In this document: positions 1 through 9,746 of the stretch, in pieces
How positions within the stretch are numbered: position 1 is the stretch's first letter
How the letters are laid out: each line of letters starts with the position of its first letter
NCBI GenBank assembly: GCA_964486045.1
Contig: CAZALK010000001.1
Location: 160,001 to 224,000, forward strand
From: an uncultured archaeon
Lineage (GTDB): Archaea; Asgardarchaeota; Lokiarchaeia; Sigyniarchaeales; SOKP01
DNA length: 64,000 nucleotides
Direction: 5' to 3'
Translations under genes and position numbers: made by a program
Notes under the pieces: model-generated
What the model was told of the DNA's origin: nothing
Seen by the model: the letters and a program-made list of their open reading frames with translations, nothing else
The model's database searches: none

Positions 1-953
1 TGGTAGACCTTCCCATATTTTTCGATGATCTTGTGTATTTCACCAGGTGGACCTCCCACATTGATTTGAGGGAACAAATCCTGTAGGTGGGCTTGAAGTT
101 GCAACGCATCAATTTCTCCTGATTCATCTGTAGCACTCAATTGATAACGCCAGCTATTCTTACAGATATCGTTTTCGATCATTAGCGCCTGAGATTGGCC
201 AACATCGCGCACGTCAATGATATTCCATAATGCATTCCATTGACGCCCGCAGGGCTTCCCAGCCAGCATACGACCAAGAAACCATTGCCAAGAACCTACT
301 CGTTCATGCACCCGAGAAAGGAGTGGTCCCAGTACGGTAATGGGACATACAGATATGGCGTCAAAACGACCATCGATCCCAGCAAATCGGTATACCAGGA
401 GCTCAGTCTCGACCTTGGCCATTGAATAAGCCATCTCGCCATCCTCATCAATTCTCTTTGAAGTCCAGTTCGGGTCATTCTCACGATTGTCCGACGCCCA
501 ATCTTTCTCAGTGAAGATATAACCAGATGGCATTGGATGATGGATGGCAGAAAAAGAGCTTGTGTAAACGAACCTTTTTACCGTACCCACTTTTTTGACC
601 GAATTGAGGACGTTTTTAGTGCCGTTTATCGCACCATCATAGATCTGTCGGGGATTATTGGAGCCACCATAACCCATTGGTGTGCCAGCATGAAGCACGG
701 CACTACAATCCGTGAATGGTTCATCATAACTACCCTCCTCGAGCAAATTTCCGGTAAAAAGCTCCAAATGGCCAGAGTATTCTCCCCCATTGAGTGTCAG
801 TAAATGTTCAGTCTTATCTGGGTTGTTTAATTCGGTTATACAAGCATGAATAGTATATCCGCGCTTCATCAACGCGATCACCACATGGGAACCTACATAG
901 CCTGAGGCACCAGTCACCGCAATTGGACCATCCGATGGCGTTACTGCTGGCAT
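1..953 (-). CDS. NAD-dependent epimerase/dehydratase (extended SDR, dihydroflavonol/aldehyde reductase-like), runs off window start
   Basis: Not in ORF track. My translation from ATG at 953: MPAVTPSDGPIAVTGASGYVGSHVV (TGxxGxxG), FVYTSS, YSMAK (YxxxK). GAGGAAGG upstream. Confidence 0.88.
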   Translation of the reverse strand, partial: MPAVTPSDGPIAVTGASGYVGSHVVIALMKRGYTIHACITELNNPDKTEHLLTLNGGEYSGHLELFTGNLLEEGSYDEPFTDCSAVLHAGTPMGYGGSNNPRQIYDGAINGTKNVLNSVKKVGTVKRFVYTSSFSAIHHPMPSGYIFTEKDWASDNRENDPNWTSKRIDEDGEMAYSMAKVETELLVYRFAGIDGRFDAISVCPITVLGPLLSRVHERVGSWQWFLGRMLAGKPCGRQWNALWNIIDVRDVGQSQALMIENDICKNSWRYQLSATDESGEIDALQLQAHLQDLFPQINVGGPPGEIHKIIEKYGKVY

Positions 954-1235
954 TTAACCTTCCTCGAATGTCTAAGAATGTAAACTCGAAAAACTCTATT
1001 TATTTTTCTCATCATATTCATCGTATATTTGAATTAATTTATAAATTTATAAATAGGCAAATCTATCATATATTCTCTAATTTTTTATTATTTAAACCAT
1101 AGAAATATCGCTCTGATATTCTTCTTTTTTCTTGAGAACCATTCTATTCTCATTCAATATTGAAATCTAATTCTTTCACCTTTCACAACAACATTTTCAT
1201 ACATTAAAATACTGTTTTGCGTAATACTTCTTATT

Positions 1236-2078
1236 TTACGGAATTTCAACACCTGGAACCTCTACTTTTACGAATTCAATTCTTCCACTTGATCTTTTTT
1301 GCTCGAATAATTGACTTGTGCAAAGAAAAAGGGTTCTTCCATCATCTCCACCCAGAGTGCATGCATACACATTTGTATCTTTTACTTTAATTGTAGAAGT
1401 GATTTCACCCCCTTCCAAAACACGTAAGACTTCTGCTTTGGATGGATTTGCGACCCATATTGCGCCTTCCTCATCAAGACATATACCATCTGGTGTAAAA
1501 TCTTTAATTTCAGCCCAAACTCTTCGATTTATTAGATTCCCTGAATTTTCAATATCAAAAGCAGTGAGTCGTCCTCCTTGGGTTTCTGCAACAATGAAAG
1601 TCTTGCAATCGGGAGTCACGATACATCCGTTTGGAAATAGAAGACCTTCAGCAACAACTTTAGCTTCACCATCCTGAGTGACCACGATGATGCATGTGGG
1701 TTTAGCTGGGGATTCAAGGGATTTAGTGCCCCAATTTCCTATGTAAGTTCGTCCGTTGGCATCAGTTACAGAGTCATTGCAGTTATATTCTGTAAATTTG
1801 CTTAAATCCGCATGAATTTTCAATCCTTCTGGATCTAAACGCATTAGACACCGATTTTGCATTGAAACTATAAGCATCCTCCCATCATTTAAAAAACCTA
1901 ATCCTGATGGCCAATCTTGTATTTGAACAAGATCTTCAGATTCCCCTTTCTCATCGACGGCAATGACTTTTCCTCCAGCAGCATCCGAAAAGAACAACTT
2001 ACCGTTTCGCCATCTAGGCCCTTCAGGGAACTCAAGATCCGATAATAAAACTTTAATCTCCGTTTTCATATTTATCAA
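1236..2078 (-). CDS. SMP-30/gluconolactonase/LRE family protein
   Basis: FPEGPRW, NDSVTDANGR, FPNG and PDGICLDEEG motifs. Confidence 0.92.
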   Translation of the reverse strand: MINMKTEIKVLLSDLEFPEGPRWRNGKLFFSDAAGGKVIAVDEKGESEDLVQIQDWPSGLGFLNDGRMLIVSMQNRCLMRLDPEGLKIHADLSKFTEYNCNDSVTDANGRTYIGNWGTKSLESPAKPTCIIVVTQDGEAKVVAEGLLFPNGCIVTPDCKTFIVAETQGGRLTAFDIENSGNLINRRVWAEIKDFTPDGICLDEEGAIWVANPSKAEVLRVLEGGEITSTIKVKDTNVYACTLGGDDGRTLFLCTSQLFEQKRSSGRIEFVKVEVPGVEIP

Positions 2079-2135
2079 TTTGATTCTATTTTATATAATA
2101 TATCCTTTTTTTCATCTCTTGTTGCTCTAGATGAT

Positions 2136-3353
2136 TCAAGCTGGAATTTGATATTCTGTTAAAGTTTTTGATCCTTTTATCCATTGAATTAACAATATTG
2201 TGAAAAAAATTGCTGATAGTGCAGGGAGTAATAATGAAGGAAGATATTGAATCATTGCACCACTTAAAATTGGGGTGATAATTTGTGCAATACTAGACAA
2301 AGCATTATTCACACCTAAAACACTTCCAGTTTCTTCTTTACTTACACTTTTCGTTAATTTACTTGTGAAAATTGGCCGACACACCCCAGTCCCAAATGCA
2401 ATAAAAATAAAGGGGATAAATGCAAAGATATAATCCGTTGTAAAAACAAGTATAACCATAGTAAATACCATTGAAATTATACCAAAAATCAGAGTGGAAT
2501 TTTCACCAAATTTTTTCTGAAGGGGATTTATGAGAAGAATCTGAAAAATTACTCTTAAAATACCAACCCATGCCATCAAGAATCCAACTTCTTGAGCAGT
2601 AACCTGTATCTGATATTTTGCAAATAATGGGAAACTTGTTATAAAAAGCATAAATCCGAAACTATAGACAAAGAAAAGTAGTAAGACCTTTCTCACGTTT
2701 GAATCTTTGAAAAATCGTTTTATTTCACCGACGGGAATAATCTCGTTAAATTTTATTTTAATTTTCTCATTTTTCGATGATAATGATTCTGGTAAAAATA
2801 ATATCACTAAAATTATAGAAATTAAGCTTATTCCTGCAGCGAATAACATCGGAATGGAATAATTAATTGTTGATAATATACCGCCAATCAAGGGACCAAA
2901 AATTAAACCTGCTCCAAATACTGCACTTGAATATCCGTAAATTTTTGTTCGATCTTGTGGAGAGGTTACATCACTAATATATGCTTGGCTTACAGTCATA
3001 TTACTCCCTATAAGTCCATCAATTAAACGTGCAGCAACTAAGAGCCATACAGAATCCGCGATACCAAGAAGAAAAAATCCAACTAAGGTACTAGTCTGAC
3101 TTATTAAAAGAATAGGTTTCCTACCAAAACGATCACTAAGCTTACCCGTAATAGGGCTAGCAAATAATTGACTAAAGCTGAAAACACTCATAATTAAACC
3201 TATTTGAAAAGGATTTAACCCTAATGATAATCCTAAAAAGGGCATTATAGGTATCACCATACTGAAGCCTAAAACTTCAGTAAACATAATTACAAAAATA
3301 ATCATCAAATGTTTTTTGAATTTAGCTTTCTGAGGTGGAATTGTGGAGACCAT
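2136..3353 (-). CDS. MFS transporter, TetA/DHA1-like
   Basis: GKLSDRFGRKP motif A, about 12 hydrophobic segments. Confidence 0.92.
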   Translation of the reverse strand: MVSTIPPQKAKFKKHLMIIFVIMFTEVLGFSMVIPIMPFLGLSLGLNPFQIGLIMSVFSFSQLFASPITGKLSDRFGRKPILLISQTSTLVGFFLLGIADSVWLLVAARLIDGLIGSNMTVSQAYISDVTSPQDRTKIYGYSSAVFGAGLIFGPLIGGILSTINYSIPMLFAAGISLISIILVILFLPESLSSKNEKIKIKFNEIIPVGEIKRFFKDSNVRKVLLLFFVYSFGFMLFITSFPLFAKYQIQVTAQEVGFLMAWVGILRVIFQILLINPLQKKFGENSTLIFGIISMVFTMVILVFTTDYIFAFIPFIFIAFGTGVCRPIFTSKLTKSVSKEETGSVLGVNNALSSIAQIITPILSGAMIQYLPSLLLPALSAIFFTILLIQWIKGSKTLTEYQIPA

Positions 3354-3671
3354 AGTAAGTCAATGATTTAAGCTCAAAAAAAATGATTTATTTTGTTAAC
3401 TGAAATCTTGAAGAGATTAAAAGCATGTACTTTTTAATATATTACTAAAAATTTTTGTTTTACAAAACGAAGTTCAATAAAGGATGACAAAAATTAACGT
3501 GACCTATTGTTTTGAATGCTTCTTAAATTTGATTTTTTTGTAAATAATAAATAACACTTCATATAAAACTCGTCGCTCCAGATGATTCTACCAATACCAA
3601 GGATTCAGCATGATCCATGTAGTGCAAATCTTTTAATTTTTGAAAATATTTTTTGAAATAGTGAATTTAAA

Positions 3672-4868
3672 ATGATAAATATTATTCAAGTAAATCCAGA
3701 ATCATTAGATGATGTTAGGCTAGCTATGGAAAAATTAATTGAACACCTTGATTATACACCATCAAAACCACGAATTTTTTTGAAACCAAACGTTGTAGAT
3801 GCTTTACCTCCAAATCAGGCTGTAGATGTAGACCCAATAGTATGTGCTGGTTTAATTTTAGCGCTTAATGATAAATTTGACATAGAAGAATTTGTTATTG
3901 GGGAAAACTCGGGTTATTTTTCAGAAAAACCTGAAAGTTTTCAACGTCTTATTGAAACATCAGGTTATGAGAAAATGGTGGAGAATTTAAAAGAGAATTA
4001 TAGTGTTCCTTTAAGTATCGTTAATTTGGAGTATGTAGATTTAGATGAGTATAAATGGAAATTCCCGCCTTATAAAATAAAACTACCCTCTCTTATAAAA
4101 ACGCACAGTTATATTAATCTACCTAAGATGAAAACACACGGGGCTTGTATGGTTACGTTAGGACTTAAAAATCAAAAAGGACTTCTCCTTTTGAAAAATA
4201 AGAAAAAGTTCCATCTCGGATATAGAGATGAAAATGATGTATACCATAGTACTCTACATGAGTGCATTTTTGAATTAGGGAATTTAGTACAACCTGAGCT
4301 TACAGTTTGCGATGCCACTCTTGCTTTAGAAGGAAATGGGCCTACAACAAATCCGGGTTTAACTTGGGTGAAAAAACTAGATATTTGCATTGGGGGTACC
4401 GATATGTTTGAAGTAGATAATGCTTGTTGTCAAATTATGGGAATTCCAGTGGATCTAGTTGAACACTTGCCAGAAATTAATGTCTCTTTAGCACCAGGTA
4501 GTCTACCTTTAACTTGTAAAGAACCATTTAAAAGACCAGTCAAACGTACTAAACCATTTGGTAATATGTATCATCACTCATCTATGTGGACATGCACAGG
4601 ATGTCAAATGACTTTAACTCGAATGAATAGAAAAATCACTTTCACTCCCGAATTAAGAGAGAAATTAAAGGAGAGAAATAAAAAGTATGAAAGAATTGAT
4701 TTTTTTGTAGGAAGAACAGAAGAAAACGATATTCCTGAAGACCACGGTGTTCTTCTATTTTGTGGAAATTGTACAAAAAAAATTGCTCAAAAATATCCAG
4801 AAGCAACATATGTTTCGGGTTGTCCACCCCATTACCGGGAGTTAGCAAAATTCTACGTAGACCTCTGA
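3672..4868 (+). CDS. DUF362-family protein with C-terminal Cys-rich (Fe-S) domain
   Basis: LKPNVV, INLPKMKTH, TLGLKN, EGNGP; C-terminal CTGC, GNCT, GCPP. Confidence 0.8.
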   Translation: MINIIQVNPESLDDVRLAMEKLIEHLDYTPSKPRIFLKPNVVDALPPNQAVDVDPIVCAGLILALNDKFDIEEFVIGENSGYFSEKPESFQRLIETSGYEKMVENLKENYSVPLSIVNLEYVDLDEYKWKFPPYKIKLPSLIKTHSYINLPKMKTHGACMVTLGLKNQKGLLLLKNKKKFHLGYRDENDVYHSTLHECIFELGNLVQPELTVCDATLALEGNGPTTNPGLTWVKKLDICIGGTDMFEVDNACCQIMGIPVDLVEHLPEINVSLAPGSLPLTCKEPFKRPVKRTKPFGNMYHHSSMWTCTGCQMTLTRMNRKITFTPELREKLKERNKKYERIDFFVGRTEENDIPEDHGVLLFCGNCTKKIAQKYPEATYVSGCPPHYRELAKFYVDL

Positions 4869-4952
4869 CTTATCTTATTCTGAGAACATAGGAAGATTTT
4901 AAAATAGAGTTTGATTTTTCTTCCTCAATTTTGTTTTACTAATTTTACCCGT

Positions 4953-6119
4953 TCATAATAGTTCATAAATTTTCTTAACAAGTCGGTTTCCCCGGCTATC
5001 GGTGGTGTATCTGTTTTTTCGGGTTTCATCCAGAGGTTGTCTTCGCATCTTATTCATAACATAAGCAATACTCATTTTATTATCTAAATCCATAATGAGG
5101 GAGGATCCTCCCATACCTCCCCAATAAGCCGTATTTGGACTTGGTAGAGAGTGAAAATCATTTTTCAGACCCCAACCCAACCCATACCGAACTTTAGTGC
5201 CTAAAACTAAATCTGTATCAAAAATTTGCTCTTCTATAGATTTTGCAATCGTTTCTGGTTTTAAAATCTGGACTCCATCTAAAAATCCCCCGTTAGCAAT
5301 AATGGATCCTATTTTTACTACGGACCTTGCATTTCCAAACCCACGGGTTTCAATATCAAGCCATATTAAATCATTATCATGTACATTTTTCAAATCAGGA
5401 TTAGACCAAACTTTAAAAAAATATGAGTTTCGATCTATGCTTTCATCCCATACAAGTACCCCTAAAGGTATTTTGGGGGGAATCATATCTGCACGATTTG
5501 CTCTGAATTTTTCTGGTAGCATAATATGGTAATCAATATTGAAGGGTTCAGCTATTTCTTCTCTGAAAAACTTATTTATGGGTTTTCCTGAAATTCTCCT
5601 CACCAATTCTCCAAGCAAAAAGTACATTGTAGAACCATGGTAACCACATTTTGTACCGGGTTCCCACATTGGTTTTTGTTTAGCTAGAATGTTAACTATT
5701 TTATCCCAATTTTTTAAATCCTCAACTGTAATTTTTTCATCAAAAACGGGAAGACCCGCTGAATGACTAAACAAATTCCGTACAGATAATTTTTCCTTCC
5801 CCGATTGCGCAAATTCGGGCCAGTATTTTGCAACAGGAGCATCCAAATCTAATAAGTCCTTATCTACAAGAATGAGGGCGCAAATGGAAGTGATAATTTT
5901 ATTAGTTGAATAAACTTTAGCGATTGAATCTTTATTCCACTGTTGAGTTTTTTCTGAGTTTGAATATCCTCCCCAGATGTCTACGACTAATTTGTTGTCA
6001 AAAAATACTGCAAAGGAAGCACCAAATTCATTGAAATCATTAAAATTCTCCTTAAACACATCTCTTATAGCTTCAAATTTCGGATCTGTATAACCTTTTA
6101 CTTCTATATCACTTGACAT
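4953..6119 (-). CDS. serine hydrolase, beta-lactamase class C/esterase family
   Basis: SxxK (YSTNK), LFSHSAGL, GYH, WGGMGGS. Confidence 0.9.
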   Translation of the reverse strand: MSSDIEVKGYTDPKFEAIRDVFKENFNDFNEFGASFAVFFDNKLVVDIWGGYSNSEKTQQWNKDSIAKVYSTNKIITSICALILVDKDLLDLDAPVAKYWPEFAQSGKEKLSVRNLFSHSAGLPVFDEKITVEDLKNWDKIVNILAKQKPMWEPGTKCGYHGSTMYFLLGELVRRISGKPINKFFREEIAEPFNIDYHIMLPEKFRANRADMIPPKIPLGVLVWDESIDRNSYFFKVWSNPDLKNVHDNDLIWLDIETRGFGNARSVVKIGSIIANGGFLDGVQILKPETIAKSIEEQIFDTDLVLGTKVRYGLGWGLKNDFHSLPSPNTAYWGGMGGSSLIMDLDNKMSIAYVMNKMRRQPLDETRKNRYTTDSRGNRLVKKIYELL

Positions 6120-6214
6120 TTCTTTATTTGTGCTTTGAAAGTATTTATAATCAAACTAAATATGTAGAGAAAAAAGAAAGAGTGAATAAAAATGTATGCG
6201 AAAGCAATAAATCT

Positions 6215-7483
6215 TTAAATTTGTTGATAATTTACACCAGGGGTAATTCCAGCAATTTTAAACAGATCATCTTGGTCAATTAATTCTTCTATTGTTTCTT
6301 GAGGCAACTGATTATAAAAGATTGGCTCTAAAAAATTTTCAGCACCTGTATATGGTTTATTTAATTTCTTTTGTAATGATGGATCCTCTTTTATTAAGCT
6401 AGCTAAGGGAGTATGGTTATAAATCCGATAATTAAAACTTATTCCAACTGTAAATGGTCTATTAATTTTTAAGAAATCAATCATTTTTTTAACTGACTTT
6501 AGAGTCTCATTAGCGTATCCGACTAATAAATCTATTGCTAGTTTAATATCGTATTTTTGGCAATAGTTTACAATTTGAGATAAATCATCATAGCTATACT
6601 TATTTGACTTCTGAATTCTCTCATCACTATCAACTGAAAGCGTTATTAAATAAGCCTTTGATTCATGTAAAAATTTAAATAGATCTTCGCTATATGGGGT
6701 TGGTTTCATATAAAGAGCCCATTTTAGGCCTAAATTTCTTTTAATTAATGCCAAACAGAAATCTATTGAAAACTTTAAGTTAGAATTAAACTCGGTATCA
6801 CATGTATGAAAATGATTATAACCTTGGTTAACCAAGTGAGTTAATTCCTTAACAATTTTAGGAATATCTTTGAATTGTACCCGTGTATTAGCTTCTATAC
6901 AATAAGGACATTGATTATTACAGCCAACATGAGTTTGAAATCCAACTATTCCTTCCTCCTTTAAATATTGTGGATAATTTAATTTGTTTCCTCTCAAGTT
7001 TACTAATTCTTTATCAACTCCTGTATACCAACCATCGAAAATTTTTTGCGTTAAATTATTTGATTGCCATAATTCTAAAAACATTGGAAATATCAACTCT
7101 CCAGGACCAATAATACCGTAATCTGCTTTAAGATAGTCTAAGATTTCGTTAGGCATGGCTGAGAATCCTGAACCTCCTAATACGACTGGAATATTTTGTT
7201 CTTTAACCCGTATCACTATAGGTTTGAAATCGGTTAAATAAAATTCGTTATTAAAATAAACTGCCGAATCAATATTACGGATGGTTAACCCTACTAAATC
7301 AAATGAATTTTTATTAAGAATTTTATCCAAATCCTCAGCTGGTGTATCTGAAAAACACAGGTCTAATATTTCAACATTATGGTTGTGTTTTTCTAACGCT
7401 GTAACTAGATATTCCAAACCAATTGGGATTACTGGAGGATTGTAAAACCTATTTGGGTTTATTAATAATACATTTAATCCCAT
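6215..7483 (-). CDS. cobalamin-binding radical SAM protein
   Basis: N-terminal B12-binding-like region (PIGLEYL...VLGGSGFS) and CNNQCPYC. Confidence 0.88.
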   Translation of the reverse strand: MGLNVLLINPNRFYNPPVIPIGLEYLVTALEKHNHNVEILDLCFSDTPAEDLDKILNKNSFDLVGLTIRNIDSAVYFNNEFYLTDFKPIVIRVKEQNIPVVLGGSGFSAMPNEILDYLKADYGIIGPGELIFPMFLELWQSNNLTQKIFDGWYTGVDKELVNLRGNKLNYPQYLKEEGIVGFQTHVGCNNQCPYCIEANTRVQFKDIPKIVKELTHLVNQGYNHFHTCDTEFNSNLKFSIDFCLALIKRNLGLKWALYMKPTPYSEDLFKFLHESKAYLITLSVDSDERIQKSNKYSYDDLSQIVNYCQKYDIKLAIDLLVGYANETLKSVKKMIDFLKINRPFTVGISFNYRIYNHTPLASLIKEDPSLQKKLNKPYTGAENFLEPIFYNQLPQETIEELIDQDDLFKIAGITPGVNYQQI

Positions 7484-7547
7484 ATATCGTATTAATGCTA
7501 AGTTCGGATATATAATTTACTCAAGAATATTATCAAAACAATTACCA

Positions 7548-8471
7548 TTATAGCTTCAATTCCCATTGTTCTTCAGCCAGTTCTTGCCCCCAAATAAAGT
7601 GTTTTTTGGATTCTATTAATTGAAATCCATTCTTTGAATATAATTTACGGGCTTTTTTAAGGTCACTAAATGTCCCTAAAATGACTTTTTGGTAACCTTG
7701 ATGTCTGCAAAAACTAAGAGCTTCATGCATTAGTTTCGTTCCGATACCCTTATTTCTTGCATTAGGTTCAACAAGAAGCCAACGAAGTTGGCCAACTTTG
7801 TCATCTACATTCACTATAGCAATACAACCGACAATCTCATTTTCATTCTCAACAATCCACAAGTGGTCTTTAGTTGGATCATAGTTTTCAACAAATTTTG
7901 CCATATATTTTGCCACATAGGCTTCAAAAGTTTCATCAAGTTGATATTCATCGGCATAAATCACCCCATGTCGATATGTAATATACCCGATGTCGCCCGG
8001 TTTATGAGAGTGTAAAGTAAAAATTTCTGATTTCCTTGTCTCACCTTTTAAAATTCTCTCGATGGTATTCATTGCGGTGATGAGTTGTTCTTGGACCTCA
8101 TCGTTTACATTCCCCAGCAATGTGATAATCTGATCATTTGCTCTTTCCTGAAGTTCTAAAATCGCATGCTGTCCTTTGGATGTTAATGAGAGTAGTTGTT
8201 TTCGCCTATCCGTTTTTAACTTTTCTTTTTTAATTACGTTTTTTTCTTCAAAACTACTCAATATTCTGCTGAGATAAGCTGGATCCAAGGAAAGGAGTTT
8301 TACAAGGTCACTAGCAGTTGCTCTTGATAAACGGTCAAGTTCAAACATAATTCTCACTTCTGTTAAAGAATAACTACTTTTTAGCAGGGTTCGATCCAAA
8401 AGTCCGAGTAAATTGGTATAGTAACGGTTAAAACTTCTTATTTTTCCTACTCTATCCAAGTTTTGTGTCAT
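7548..8471 (-). CDS. bifunctional MarR-HTH / GNAT acetyltransferase
   Basis: FNRYYT, LDPAYLSRIL, DRR wing; GNAT motif ARNKGIG. Confidence 0.92.
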   Translation of the reverse strand: MTQNLDRVGKIRSFNRYYTNLLGLLDRTLLKSSYSLTEVRIMFELDRLSRATASDLVKLLSLDPAYLSRILSSFEEKNVIKKEKLKTDRRKQLLSLTSKGQHAILELQERANDQIITLLGNVNDEVQEQLITAMNTIERILKGETRKSEIFTLHSHKPGDIGYITYRHGVIYADEYQLDETFEAYVAKYMAKFVENYDPTKDHLWIVENENEIVGCIAIVNVDDKVGQLRWLLVEPNARNKGIGTKLMHEALSFCRHQGYQKVILGTFSDLKKARKLYSKNGFQLIESKKHFIWGQELAEEQWELKL

Positions 8472-8510
8472 TATTATTCATAATAGAAAATGATTTTATC
8501 AATTTTAATC

Positions 8511-8523
8511 TTGACAAAATCAA
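8511..8523. promoter_or_regulatory. probable MarR-GNAT autoregulatory operator
   Basis: Inverted repeat TTGA-caaaa-TCAA between the gene's TATA region and its start; related TGATTTTATCA at 8491. Confidence 0.5.
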
Positions 8524-8592
8524 CTAAATATTTAACTTTATCAAGTTTTTTTGAAATCAAGAGCTTTTAAAACATAGATCATAAATTTAAAG

Positions 8593-9702
8593 GTGATATT
8601 AATGGGGAAGAATGAAACTACAAATAAACTATTCATCTTTTACTTTGACCAAGTAGAAGGACCAAAGTTATTTTTCAGTAAGAGTGAATATAATCCTTTT
8701 AGCAGTGTTATTCTGGATATGCTCTTAAGTTATGGGAGTGGAGAGAAACCTTTCCCAATTGCTTTTGAAGACTTCCAGACGTTAAATTATAGATTTTATA
8801 TTCCCTCAAAACTTGCGAGAAGTGGATTTGAAGAATTTATGATAACTTTTTTAGTTAATGAACAGTCTACAGAGAACTTTAAATCTTTAAAACTTAAATC
8901 TCAGATTATTAAAGAATTTGCCCATGAATTAAAAAATCTTAAAGAGTTCCCAAAGATTCTTTCTGAGAAGCGAAAATCCCGAAAGGATATAGGAGAGTTG
9001 GGTTATAGCAAATTTAAAAACACCCTCTGGGATATATATGATAAATACTATAAATTTTTTTCATTACCATTCGCAGGAAAACCAAATGAGAAGACGATAT
9101 GCATTTTGAAAAACAACATTAAGTCGGAAATTTTGATTTACATAATTCATGCTTGTTTATTTAGGAAAAAGATTTTAGTTTCAATTAAGAAGGAGTTTAC
9201 ATATTTGATTCCTGAATTAAACGATTTTATCGATTACATCTTTCAAAAATCTTTTACAGGAGATATTCTCATTAAATCTAAATCACAATACAAGAAAAAC
9301 CGACAGCTTTATGAAGGATATATTGTTATGGATGAAAAAGATTTAGTGAATGAAACACGAAAGTTGATAAATTCAAACCAATTAATGCAAGAAAGGGAAT
9401 TTGTAAGATTATTCTACAACAATAATGATAACAATGCATGTGTTCTTAATTTAAAAGAGAAATTGGAAGGGATTTACATTTTAACGAAACATATTTATAA
9501 CTATTTTGAAAGAAATTGTAATAACATCCTGTTTACTCCAAGAACGGTTGTTAAACATCTCGAAGAGTCTCTTTCAGTTAGAAAAATTAGAAGGCAATAT
9601 CTTTATTTTTTAACAGATATTATAAGAGCATATTTTGGGTTAAATATTGTATGGCGGTGGGAAAAACTTGGTGAAAAAATTGATGAACTATGGAAATGCT
9701 AG
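8593..9702 (+). CDS. hypothetical protein with longin/uDENN-like N-terminus
   Basis: FIFYFDQVEGPKLFF start and NYRFYIPSKLARSG..FMITFLV resemble uDENN/longin strands. Confidence 0.5.
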   Translation: MILMGKNETTNKLFIFYFDQVEGPKLFFSKSEYNPFSSVILDMLLSYGSGEKPFPIAFEDFQTLNYRFYIPSKLARSGFEEFMITFLVNEQSTENFKSLKLKSQIIKEFAHELKNLKEFPKILSEKRKSRKDIGELGYSKFKNTLWDIYDKYYKFFSLPFAGKPNEKTICILKNNIKSEILIYIIHACLFRKKILVSIKKEFTYLIPELNDFIDYIFQKSFTGDILIKSKSQYKKNRQLYEGYIVMDEKDLVNETRKLINSNQLMQEREFVRLFYNNNDNNACVLNLKEKLEGIYILTKHIYNYFERNCNNILFTPRTVVKHLEESLSVRKIRRQYLYFLTDIIRAYFGLNIVWRWEKLGEKIDELWKC

Positions 9703-9746
9703 ATTTTCCATCCTCCAACTTTATATTAAAGATATGAATTTAACAC

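Noticed and set aside
240-803. Three short ORFs in the track
   Set aside because: Shadows of the minus-strand reductase at 1-953.
1038-1055. Overlapping palindromes ATTTATAAATTTATAAAT
   Set aside because: Pure A/T sequence, expected by chance or as part of a TATA box.
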